From: an uncultured Candidatus Bathyarchaeia archaeon
Lineage (GTDB): Archaea; Thermoproteota; Bathyarchaeia; 40CM-2-53-6; JALHTG01
NCBI GenBank assembly: GCA_964631575.1
Contig: CAZVYD010000002.1
Coordinates: 1 to 60,330 of the forward strand
Direction of reading: 5' to 3'
Length of the DNA: 60,330 nt
The notes beneath the pieces were generated by a model. The model was not told the DNA's origin and made no database searches. It worked only from the letters and a program-made list of their open reading frames with translations. Below, piece by piece: positions 6,701 to 15,312 of this stretch. The translations under genes were made by a program, and so were the position numbers. Position 1 is the stretch's first letter. Each line of letters begins with the position of its first letter.

Positions 6701-8922
6701 CTACGCTTTGTCGATGAAATCTTCGATCTTGGATGGTTCGAGCGGAAGCCCCTTCCTCTTTCTTATGTCTTGGATTACCTGTCCGATCATCGACGCCGGC
6801 ACTGGGGACCAATGTGAGAATTCCAGACCCCAGAAGGCACGTCCTGCGGTAGCACTTCTAAGGACCTCGGAGAGATCGAATGTCTCTGCCGTCGGGATCT
6901 CTCCAACCACGTAGACCAGATGCCCTCTCTGTTCGACTGAGATTACTCTCCCCCTTTTCTGCGATATGACGCTCGTGACGGCTCCGAGCAGGTCTGGTGG
7001 AATCTTCGCTGTAATCTTCTGAACCGGCTCCAGTAGGCATGGATCTGCAGACAAGAAGGCTGCGAAGAATGCTCTTCGGGTCATGGGCATTATCTGTGCA
7101 GGCCCTCGATGTACCGGATCCTCATGCAACGAAATGTCCACGATCTTCACCTTGAGGCCTCTGATCTGCTCGTACGCCAGCGGTCCTTCCTTTATGGACC
7201 ACTCATACCCAGAGATGATCGTGTCCTTAGCCTCTTGCACATACTGTGCTCCTTTGGTCACATCCGTAAGGATGTTGCAGCTCTCATCAATACTCCACAC
7301 TCCTCTTGCATCTTCCGCCTCCCAACCCTTATCCCTGAGAATCCTCGCTAAAGCATGTCGATCCATGTACTCTCCGACATCCCCTCGCCTTATCATGTCA
7401 ATAATCTCATCAGGTAGAGGTTCGACCATGATCTTAATCCGGTTATGCCTATTGGGGGACTTACCTTCAAAGGGCCCAGCTAGCTTTCTAATACTCTCCC
7501 TATAGATGACAATCGGCTGCGAGGTCACTATTTCCAAGCCAGTCTTGCTAATCAGCGTCGTGGCAATCTCAAGGTGAAGGGTTCCCATACCTGAAATCAG
7601 GTATTCCCCAGTCTCTTCGTTGATTGTTGTTACAAGGTTGGGATCTTCGATTGAAAGTTTTCTCAACGTGTCCACGAGCCTAGGAAGATCGCGGCTGAAC
7701 TTCGGCTCAACCGCCATCGTCACCACTGGCTCGGTGACGTAGTGAACCGCCTCGAACGGCGCAACATCCTTGGATGTTGCCAACGTCTCTCCAGCTCTGG
7801 CCGCCTCTAGACCGAGCAGGGCAGGGATATTGCCCGCAGTTATCTCTCCGATAATCTCCCGATATGGGCCCATATACACGCAGACCTGCTGAACTCTTGA
7901 CTCAACTCTGGCACCAACAAGGTGAATCATTTGTCCCTCCTTGATCGTGCCTGAGAACAGTCGTCCTGTGGCAACAACACCGGCCTGCGGGTCGACTACA
8001 ATATTCGTCACGCACATGATCGTTGGCCCATTGTCGTCGCACTCCACCATGGCTTTGCCAAATTCCGAATCCACATCTCCCTTCCATATCTTCGGTATCC
8101 GATATTTCTGGGCCACATGCGGGGGAGACATGGCTTCGACCGCCATATCCAGTATCGCCTCATGAAGTGGACTCTTCTCCTTCAACTCCTCAACCTTGTT
8201 CTGCACGTAAGCGTCCAAAACATCGGAGAATTTGACTCCACGGTTCTGGGCGATGGCGGAGGTGAACCCCCAGCGATCTTTCGCCGAGCCCATAGCAACC
8301 GTATTCGTAGCGAAACTTACCTTCCACTTTTCCCTGAACTCTGGCTCAGCGTAGAGGTCTATCAGCGCGTTGAAGTCCTTTATTATACGAGCGATTTTCT
8401 CTTGAATTTGATCAGGGGTAAGCTTCAACTCTTTGATCAAACGATCGATCTTGTTCACATAAAGTACCGGTCTGACTCTCTCCTCCAAAGCTTGGCGAGT
8501 AACAGTCTCAGTCTGAACCATTACCTCCTCGACAGCGTCTACGACAACGACAGCGCCGTCGATGGCTCTGAGAGATCTCGTCACCTTACCTGAAAAATCA
8601 ACGTGCCCCGGCGTATCTATCAGATTGATAACGTATGAGACGCCGCTCTTCTCGTGGAGAAGGCTGACGTTTGCAGCCTTTATCGTCATCTGTCTCTTCT
8701 GCTCTTCCTCCATGAAGTCAAGCGCCAGCGCAGTCCCTGCCACAGACGGCGAAAGGAGTCCTGACGAGGCAAGCAGAGAATCCGACATGGTAGTCTTGCC
8801 ATGGTCAACGTGAGCGATAATGCCAATGTCTTCCGGATGCAGTCTCTCGACTACATCTTTCGGATCTGATCCTTGTTGGCAATTATCTTAATGATCTCAC
8901 CTGTAGTCTTGAATCGTGGCAA
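6701..8922 (-). CDS. fusA: Translation elongation factor aEF-2, interrupted by a 29-nt intervening sequence (exon 1 at 8859-8922, exon 2 at 6701-8829)
   Basis: Exon 2 encodes ...IGIIAHVDHGKTTMSDSLLASSG..., DTPGHVDF, NKIDR and the diphthamide-site HEDPVHRGPAQ. Exon 1 starts at TTG 8922 and reads MPRFKTTGEIIKIIANKDQIR. The joined length is 2193 nt (730 codons plus stop). Confidence 0.85.
8830..8858 (-). other. Putative BHB-like intron within the aEF-2 coding sequence
   Basis: These 29 nt (AGAUGUAGUCGAGAGACUGCAUCCGGAAG) separate two reading frames. There is a 9-bp hairpin with a GAGA loop, and a 4-bp helix UCCG/CGGA flanked by AAA and AGA bulges. See the findings. Confidence 0.65.
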
Positions 8923-8929
8923 TTTTCTT

Positions 8930-8934
8930 CCTCC
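8930..8934 (-). promoter_or_regulatory. Shine-Dalgarno-like GGAGG upstream of the aEF-2 TTG start
   Basis: The minus strand reads tcggtcGGAGGaagaaaaTTG, with a 7-nt spacer to TTG 8922. Confidence 0.5.
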
Positions 8935-9109
8935 GACCGAATTTCCAAAGGCTAAGTGCTACAATCGCGCATCTCTTTTATGCATTATGGTTTCCAGAGA
9001 CCGGCATAAGGATTTTCAAGTGCGAGATAACAGTCATCAAGGTTACATGAGGCCATGAACCGCGGGCGTGACATCACGCCCAAACGAACAACAATCCAAG
9101 GGTGGGGAC

Positions 9110-10135
9110 ATGGGCGTCAATCTCACACCGATCATCAGCCGTCGCACATTGTCTCTCAAAGATTTGACCGGCAAAAGCCTCGCGGTTGACGGAAACAACG
9201 CGCTTCACCAGTTTCTCTCGATCACTAGGAAAGCAGACGGCTCGCCGTTTACTGACCCGCAGGGAAACATAACGTCCCACCTAATCGGTTTCATGTTTCG
9301 CTCCACTCGCCTACTGTCTGAATATGCTATGAAGCTGATCTTCGTCTTCGATGGAGAACCTCCCCCATTGAAGCTAGCTGAAATAGAAAAGAGACGCGCA
9401 ATCAGAAAAAGAGCTGAAAAGGAGTTCGCCGAAGCTCTCAGGAGGAAGGATCTGCGAACCGCTTTCTCCAAAGCAGTCATGACAGGACGCCTGACCAAAG
9501 AAATGATCAACGATGCAAAGCAGCTGCTACACCTGCTAGGAATACCATACGTTCAGGCACCGTCCGAGGCTGAAGCCCAAGCAGCCTACATGACAGAGCA
9601 GGGACACGTCTGGGCAACAAACAGTCAAGACTACGATTCACTTCTCTTCGGAACTCCTAGACTGATCAGATATGTGACGATTCAGGGAAAGGAGTACCTG
9701 CCCAGCAAAGGACTGGCACGCCGCGTGGAACCAGAGCTAATCGAAGCCCAAGACCTTCTGACGAGCCAAGGCATTTCGAGAGAACAACTAATAGATGTCG
9801 CAATTCTTGTCGGCACAGATTTCAACAAAGGAGTGAGAGGCATAGGACCTAAGACCGCATTGAAAGCCATTCGAGAGCACGGAACCATCGAGAACCTTCC
9901 GGAGGGCATCAAGGGCAGCGTATCCGAGAAATATCAAGAGATCAGGAAGATCTTCCTAAGCCCGCCAGTCACAACAAGCTTTTCAACCGCTCTTCATCCA
10001 GTAAGAGAGAGGGAACTCCACGATTTCCTCTGCCACCAGAAAGGCTTCTCAAAAGACAGGGTTGAGACAGTAATTGAAAGGATGAAGAAACTCGAAACCC
10101 AATCAAACCTCTACCAATGGGCTGAAAGCAGTTGA
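9110..10135 (+). CDS. fen: Flap endonuclease 1 (FEN-1)
   Basis: MGVNLTPII... start, followed by AVDGNNALHQFL, IFVFDGEPP, QAPSEAEAQAAY, DYDSLLFG and GTDFN..VRGIGPKTA motifs. The ORF track start at 9068 adds 14 non-conserved residues. Confidence 0.9.
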   Translation: MGVNLTPIISRRTLSLKDLTGKSLAVDGNNALHQFLSITRKADGSPFTDPQGNITSHLIGFMFRSTRLLSEYAMKLIFVFDGEPPPLKLAEIEKRRAIRKRAEKEFAEALRRKDLRTAFSKAVMTGRLTKEMINDAKQLLHLLGIPYVQAPSEAEAQAAYMTEQGHVWATNSQDYDSLLFGTPRLIRYVTIQGKEYLPSKGLARRVEPELIEAQDLLTSQGISREQLIDVAILVGTDFNKGVRGIGPKTALKAIREHGTIENLPEGIKGSVSEKYQEIRKIFLSPPVTTSFSTALHPVRERELHDFLCHQKGFSKDRVETVIERMKKLETQSNLYQWAESS

Positions 10136-11736
10136 CCGGAGAGGCAACTCCCTTTCAGGATCTAGCCACACTCTGCAATGAGCTAGAGCAGACCACAAAG
10201 AGAAATGAGAAGACAGCAAAGATAGGCGACTTCTTGAAGAGACTCAACCAAGACGAGATCTCACCAGCCGTCCGCATGATTGTAGGAAAAATCTTTCCAG
10301 ATTCAGACGAGAGAGTGCTTGAGGTCAGCGGCCGAACCCTGTGGAAAATCCTGCGGAAGCAGCAGCAGAGACAGGTCCCGCTTCTTCGAAGCCCTCTAAC
10401 TATCTTGGGGGTGTACAAGAGCTTCTCCGAGATAGCAGCAACCTCGGGTAGAAGGTCGAGGAGCCGGAAGGAGAGTATCGTTGAAAGCATTCTTGGCGAG
10501 GCCAATCCGGAGGAAGGCGAATACCTCGTCCGCATGCTCCATCACGAGATGAGGATAGGCGTTGTTGAAGGCGTCATGCTTGATGCAATTGCAAAAGCAA
10601 GCGGATCAAGCAGCGACTTAGTCAGAAGATCCTTGATGATGCTAGGAGACATAGGGGAGGTGGCCCGCCTCGCCCTTACAGGCGGAAAGACGACACTCGA
10701 AGAAGCCAGGATCAGCCTGTTCCGACCTGTAAGGCTCATGATGGCCGAAATGTCCTATGAAATCTCAGAAATCATCATTGAACACAAATCTGGCACTGCA
10801 TTCGAATTCAAATTTGACGGAGCCAGAATACAGGCTCACAAGAAAAACGGAGAAGTCAGAATCTTCAGCCGAAGTCTGACTGACGTGACTCAAAGCCTGC
10901 CTGACATCGTCGAAATGATTCAGAAAGAAGTGCGGGCGGAGGACGCCCTCGTCGAAGGCGAAGTAGTTGCAGTCGGACCTGACATGAAGCCGTTGCCTTT
11001 TCAGGAATTGATGAGACGATTCAGAAGAGCGCATGAAATAGGTCGTGCAGCGCAAGAAATTCCTCTGAAACTGTATCTGTTCGACATATTGTATCTCAAA
11101 GGACGGCAACTCACAGACCTAAGATACGAAGAGAGATGGAAGCTTCTCTCGCAGATCTGTCCATCCGAGATCCTGACTGAGAGGATTGTCACAAGTGATC
11201 CACAAGAGATCCAAGACTTCATGCGAAAGGCTGTGAACGCCGGACATGAAGGTCTGATGGCAAAAGCATTGGATAGCCCATACCTGCTCGGGGTAAGAGG
11301 AAGAAAATGGTTCAAGATAAAACCTGCCGACCGGCTTGATTTGGTGATCGTGGCAGCAGACTGGGGATATGGAAGAAGGTCAAATTGGTTAAGCAACTAC
11401 CATCTCGCGGCGCGCGATGAAGACAGCGGGGAGTATCTAGAGGTGGGAAAGACCTTCAAAGGCCTGACTGACAAGGAATTTGACTGGATGACAAGAAAGC
11501 TTCAAGAACTGAAGGTTTCCGAAGGAGACTACACTGTTCTAGTAAGGCCCGAAATTGTTGTGGAAGTCGCCTACAACGAGATTCAAAGAAGCCCTCATTA
11601 CAAGTCGGGGTTCGCGCTGAGATTTGCGAGAATAGCAAGGATCAGAGAGAACAAGCGACCGGAGGAAACGGACACGATACAAAGAATGAGAATGCTCTTC
11701 GAGAAGCAGTTCGAACATAAGGGAAGACTAGGTTAG
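10132..11736 (+). CDS. lig: ATP-dependent DNA ligase
   Basis: Adenylation motif FEFKFDGARIQ (KxDG), plus EGLMAK, WFKIKP and DLVIV motifs. The TTG start overlaps the fen stop. Confidence 0.9.
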   Translation: MTGEATPFQDLATLCNELEQTTKRNEKTAKIGDFLKRLNQDEISPAVRMIVGKIFPDSDERVLEVSGRTLWKILRKQQQRQVPLLRSPLTILGVYKSFSEIAATSGRRSRSRKESIVESILGEANPEEGEYLVRMLHHEMRIGVVEGVMLDAIAKASGSSSDLVRRSLMMLGDIGEVARLALTGGKTTLEEARISLFRPVRLMMAEMSYEISEIIIEHKSGTAFEFKFDGARIQAHKKNGEVRIFSRSLTDVTQSLPDIVEMIQKEVRAEDALVEGEVVAVGPDMKPLPFQELMRRFRRAHEIGRAAQEIPLKLYLFDILYLKGRQLTDLRYEERWKLLSQICPSEILTERIVTSDPQEIQDFMRKAVNAGHEGLMAKALDSPYLLGVRGRKWFKIKPADRLDLVIVAADWGYGRRSNWLSNYHLAARDEDSGEYLEVGKTFKGLTDKEFDWMTRKLQELKVSEGDYTVLVRPEIVVEVAYNEIQRSPHYKSGFALRFARIARIRENKRPEETDTIQRMRMLFEKQFEHKGRLG

Positions 11737-11797
11737 CGTCTTCGAATGTCGTCCGCAGAGTCGTCAGTACGGATGGCAAAACATTGAGTATAGACAT

Positions 11798-12499
11798 ATG
11801 AAGTGAGGACCCCTGAACGTTACAGTTCTATTCAGCGGAGGAAAAGATAGCTGCCTGGCAACTTGGTGCGCTCTTCACCAAGGATGGAACGTCACAAGCC
11901 TGCTTGTGATGGAACCTCGCAGCCCCGAGTCATGGATGTTCCATTTCCCTGCGGTCAGATGGGCTCATCTGCAAGGTGAAGCCATTGGAATTCAGACGAT
12001 CATAGTCCCGTCTTCTGCCGAGAGGGACATAGAGCTTGATGCTCTGAAAAGATCGTTAAAGGATCTGAAGAACAGAAGTGGTCTCCACGGAGTGGTCTCC
12101 GGTGCAGTCGCGAGCGACTACCAGAAGAAACGGATAGACGCGATCTGTGAGGAGGTCGGAGTCGCCAGCTTTGCGCCTCTATGGCACAAGGACCCTGAAC
12201 TGCTATTGCAGGAAACGATAGATCTTGGATTTGAGACATACTTCGTAGGAACCTCGGCACTTGGACTTGAGGAGGGCTGGCTGGGAAGAAGGCTCGATAG
12301 ACATAGCCTCTTGGAACTCAAGAAACTAAGTAGCAAATACGGTATTCATCTCAGTGGCGAGGGAGGAGAATATGAAACCTTTGTCGCAGATGCATCGTTC
12401 TTTCGAAGAAGCATTAAGTTGAAGAAGATTTCCAAACATTGGGAAGGCTCTTCAGGATTCCTGATCATAGATGAAGCTGAGTTAACCAGTAAGCTGTGA
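11798..12499 (+). CDS. Diphthine-ammonia ligase-like PP-loop ATPase (MJ0570/DPH6 family); N-terminus unresolved (in-frame TGA at 11804-11806)
   Basis: VLFSGGKDSCLA (the PP-loop) is encoded at 11825-11860, upstream of the first canonical start (GTG 11906). Downstream motifs are SGAVASDYQKKRID, PLW and GEGGEYETFV. Confidence 0.7.
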
Positions 12500-13786
12500 G
12501 GCTGCTCCAGTCGCTTCTCTCATGATTTTCTCCTCGTCTAGTGTGAGAAGGCCTCTATTGATCATGAGAGGCTTCCCCTGCACTATCGTAGAGTCAACAT
12601 TCATCCCCTTGGCAGAGTACACTACATCTGAAAGCACTGTGTTTCGACCATGAATCGGTACGAGATTCGGGGATCTCAAGTCCAGTAGTATCAGATCCGC
12701 TGTCTTCCCGACCTCAATGCTCCCCACCTTATCCTCAAGGCCAAGTGCTCTTGCTCCTTCGATCGTGGCAAGGTCAAGGACCTTCTGCGCGGGCAGGACT
12801 GTCGGATCCCAGGAGTGCGCCTTGTGCATCAACGCACAGATCTTCATAGTATCGAACATGTCCAAGCAGTTGTTGCTTGCAGCCCCGTCCGTACCCAGAG
12901 ATACTGTGACTCCTTGAGCAAACATCTCAGGAAGCGGAGAAACTCCGCCCACCGCCAGCTTCATATTCGATACAGGGCAGTGCGAAACCTTGACTTTGTG
13001 CTTGGCAAACATTTTAACTTCTCTACGAGTAAGCCAGACACTATGAACCGCCACCAATCTCGGAAAGAGAAAGCCTATCTTCTCCAGATATTCTACTTCG
13101 CTCATTCCCTTATTCTTCTCGAAATCAGCCTGCTCACGTCTAGTCTCCGCGATGTGAGTGTGCACAGGCACATGTTCCTTCTCTGCCAACTCTCTTGACC
13201 AGAGAAGTGTTTCCTCTGAACATGTGTATGGCGCATGAGGCCCCATGGCGAATCCTATTCGCGAGTTCCGAAGACCCTTAATGAATTCTAGGGATTCTTG
13301 TGTTGTCCGCCTTTGGGCTTCAGCCCGTCCTGAGTCAAAGAGATCAATCATTGCGTGAGAAAGAATAGCTCTAAGCCCAGACTCTTCAATAGCCTGTGAA
13401 ACTTCCTTGAGGTGAAAATACATGTCCATGAAACATGTCGTGCCTGTCCTAATCATCTCTAGGCAACCCAGCAGAGCCCCATGGTAGCATATGTCACCTC
13501 TCAACTTCTGCTCAAGAGGCCATATCTTGGTCTCCAGCCATTCTTGGAGGCGCATGTCATCTGCAAACCCTCGCATCAGGGTCATAGAGAGGTGTGTGTG
13601 AGTATTGATCAAACCAGGCAACAGGACTTTTCCTGATCCGTCAATCACATGTTCAGCGTTTCCTTCAAAGCGTCCGATCTCAGCAATTCTCTCGCCTTCT
13701 ATTCGAGCAGAGCAATTCTTGAGAACCTCTCTGGATGAATTCTGAGTGATAACCCAGTCGCAATTCTTGATAACAAGGGACATCAC
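12482..13786 (-). CDS. mtaD: Amidohydrolase, 5'-methylthioadenosine/S-adenosylhomocysteine deaminase family
   Basis: Carries PGLINTHTHLSMTLMRGFADD, HIAET and SLGTDGAASNN motifs, which are metal-binding signatures of the MtaD/DadD group. Confidence 0.8.
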   Translation of the reverse strand: MMSLVIKNCDWVITQNSSREVLKNCSARIEGERIAEIGRFEGNAEHVIDGSGKVLLPGLINTHTHLSMTLMRGFADDMRLQEWLETKIWPLEQKLRGDICYHGALLGCLEMIRTGTTCFMDMYFHLKEVSQAIEESGLRAILSHAMIDLFDSGRAEAQRRTTQESLEFIKGLRNSRIGFAMGPHAPYTCSEETLLWSRELAEKEHVPVHTHIAETRREQADFEKNKGMSEVEYLEKIGFLFPRLVAVHSVWLTRREVKMFAKHKVKVSHCPVSNMKLAVGGVSPLPEMFAQGVTVSLGTDGAASNNCLDMFDTMKICALMHKAHSWDPTVLPAQKVLDLATIEGARALGLEDKVGSIEVGKTADLILLDLRSPNLVPIHGRNTVLSDVVYSAKGMNVDSTIVQGKPLMINRGLLTLDEEKIMREATGAASQLTG

Positions 13787-13869
13787 GAAGTCCTCTCAAG
13801 ATGAGAAGCAGATCTTCGTAGATAAGCATTAGTCAATTCTGAGCGCATTTGAGGAAGAAATCGGGCTTG

Positions 13870-14475
13870 TCAAAGGCCTTCTAATGTTGCGTGCCTTCGC
13901 CTGAGCTCTCCTTCTGTCTCTCCTAACTGGCTCATCAATTCCACAATCAGGCTGTCGAGAAAGATTGAAGCAGATATCTCGAACATGGTTCCAAGTGGAG
14001 CCAAGGGTTCATACTCTCCTACAATCTGTCTGAGAAAGTAATCCTTCTGCCTTGCGGCTTTGGATTTCGCCTTAATGTGCACAACCTGACCTGCAATCTT
14101 TCCCAGAGGCGAGCTTGGCCTTGCTGTGATGGCAACTATGAAGGCTCCGACTCTTCTAGCTATCCTTGCTGACGTGACTGGGAGAGCTGTGGCACCTGAT
14201 CCTGATATGGCGACAACTATGTCTCCTTTTCCGATCGCGGGTGTGATGGTTTCTCCCAGAACGTGGACATCAAACCCTAGGTGCATTAGTCTCATAGCGA
14301 AGGAACGCCCCACCAAGCCGCTTCTACCGGTGCCGATTATCAGAATCCTCTTTCCTCTTCCTCGTATGAGGAGGCTGACAATTTTCTCGATCTGAGCCAC
14401 AGGTATGCTGCGGATGGACTCCCCCGCGTCTCTAAGTATCTCTTCCGCTGCCTCTCTGAAGGCCAACAGCCGCAT
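13870..14475 (-). CDS. hxlB: 6-phospho-3-hexuloisomerase (SIS domain)
   Basis: Carries IIGTGRSGLVGRSFAMRLMHLGFDVHVLGE and VVAISGSGAT. The ~200-aa size fits a PHI-type SIS protein. Confidence 0.75.
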   Translation of the reverse strand: MRLLAFREAAEEILRDAGESIRSIPVAQIEKIVSLLIRGRGKRILIIGTGRSGLVGRSFAMRLMHLGFDVHVLGETITPAIGKGDIVVAISGSGATALPVTSARIARRVGAFIVAITARPSSPLGKIAGQVVHIKAKSKAARQKDYFLRQIVGEYEPLAPLGTMFEISASIFLDSLIVELMSQLGETEGELRRRHATLEGL

Positions 14476-14517
14476 ATAGTGAGACCCGCTCTATCCGTAG
14501 GCACGTGGAACTGCTTT

Positions 14518-15210
14518 TTATTCTTCCGATCCGAGCGTCGACTGACGCCCTATAACGCGCCTAGATCGATACGCAAGATCAAGAATCGAGGATACCTTAT
14601 GAGCCCTCGATCTCCCAAGCCCTCCTCGAAAAGCCAGCTCACTCGGCGACGCGCAGAATACCTTGCGAATCGTTCCGAATCGCTCAAGAAGCCTCTCAGC
14701 AAGCTTGGGTCCTATGGCTGGAAGACTCCCCACAACCAACAGCTGAGACTCAGCATCAGTTGAGATTCTCGGCTTCTTGACAATGATAGGAAGAGTTCTT
14801 CGCTTCCCATACGAAAGATGACGAGCATAAGTGAAGATGAGTTCCGCGGTCTGCACTTCGTCTAAAGTAAAGAACGGACGAATATCATACTGCAGGACCA
14901 ATGACAACATCGATCCCCAGAAAATCCTTGGCCTCGAAAGCCTATGCAAGGAAGCTTGAAGGTCACCCTCAACAACCATTAGCGGCATAGCATAAGACTC
15001 GGAAAGCCTTCTTGCTTGGTCGAAGAGCCTTCCGGAGAAGAGCGAGGAAACAAAGTCATCCGTCGATTTTCGTTCAACCGCTCTATCGCCTATAACGTAG
15101 TCCGCAACATCGAGAAGGCGAAACTCAACTCTCGCTCCGAGACGCCTCAGCCTATCCGGTACACCCGAAGGCTTCTCTCTATCATCCACGATTATTCTTG
15201 GAGACGACAA
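14518..15210 (-). CDS. xpf: Short ERCC4-type structure-specific nuclease (XPF/Hef nuclease domain plus HhH2)
   Basis: IIVDDREK..., the VERKSTDDF (ERK) catalytic motif and a C-terminal LPAIGPKLAERLLERFGTIRKV helix-hairpin-helix pair. The 230-aa size matches crenarchaeal-type XPF. Confidence 0.8.
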   Translation of the reverse strand: MSSPRIIVDDREKPSGVPDRLRRLGARVEFRLLDVADYVIGDRAVERKSTDDFVSSLFSGRLFDQARRLSESYAMPLMVVEGDLQASLHRLSRPRIFWGSMLSLVLQYDIRPFFTLDEVQTAELIFTYARHLSYGKRRTLPIIVKKPRISTDAESQLLVVGSLPAIGPKLAERLLERFGTIRKVFCASPSELAFRGGLGRSRAHKVSSILDLAYRSRRVIGRQSTLGSEE

Positions 15211-15312
15211 GCACCTCAGACCTGATCTTTCGTATGTTCGCCTCCTCTCAAAAAGATTGGCTGAGAAACGGCTGGGGGGCTGAAAGGATTTTACAAAGGC
15301 TTATTTCCAAAG

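Noticed and set aside
6708-8813. Multiple plus-strand ORFs (60-158 aa) inside the aEF-2 locus, with similar antisense ORFs inside the Mo-oxidoreductase, cdh, kinase and ligase genes
   Set aside because: All lie antisense or out of frame within strongly conserved genes and have biased shadow-ORF composition.
8845-8851. Recurrence of the heptamer AGTCGAG/CTCGACT in the aEF-2 intron, at 33462-33504 and near 206
   Set aside because: A 7-mer is expected several times by chance in 60 kb on two strands, and there is no extended similarity around the copies.
8829-8865. Programmed -1 frameshift at CGA-AAG, or gene-60-style ribosomal bypassing between the direct repeats ATCCGAAAGA and ATCCGGAAGA, as alternative explanations for the split aEF-2 frame
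   Set aside because: A -1 slip would insert KDVVERLHPED between QIR and IGIIAH, disrupting the otherwise exact IRNIGIIAHVDHGKTT consensus. The hairpin also starts immediately at the slip site, with no spacer. Hopping between the matching codons (CGA to CGG, or AAG to AAG) spans 27 nt and lands in the wrong frame (KTLALS). Only a 29-nt removal gives the correct protein. Neither alternative can be fully excluded without RNA or protein data.
11804-11818. A 15-nt micro-intron (between the TGAA repeats) in the diphthine-ammonia-ligase-like gene
   Set aside because: Removal would give a neat MNVTVLFSGGKDS. However, I could not draw any bulge-helix-bulge: the 4 nt upstream of the two putative bulges do not pair. 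A CUG start or a base-call error explains the locus more simply.
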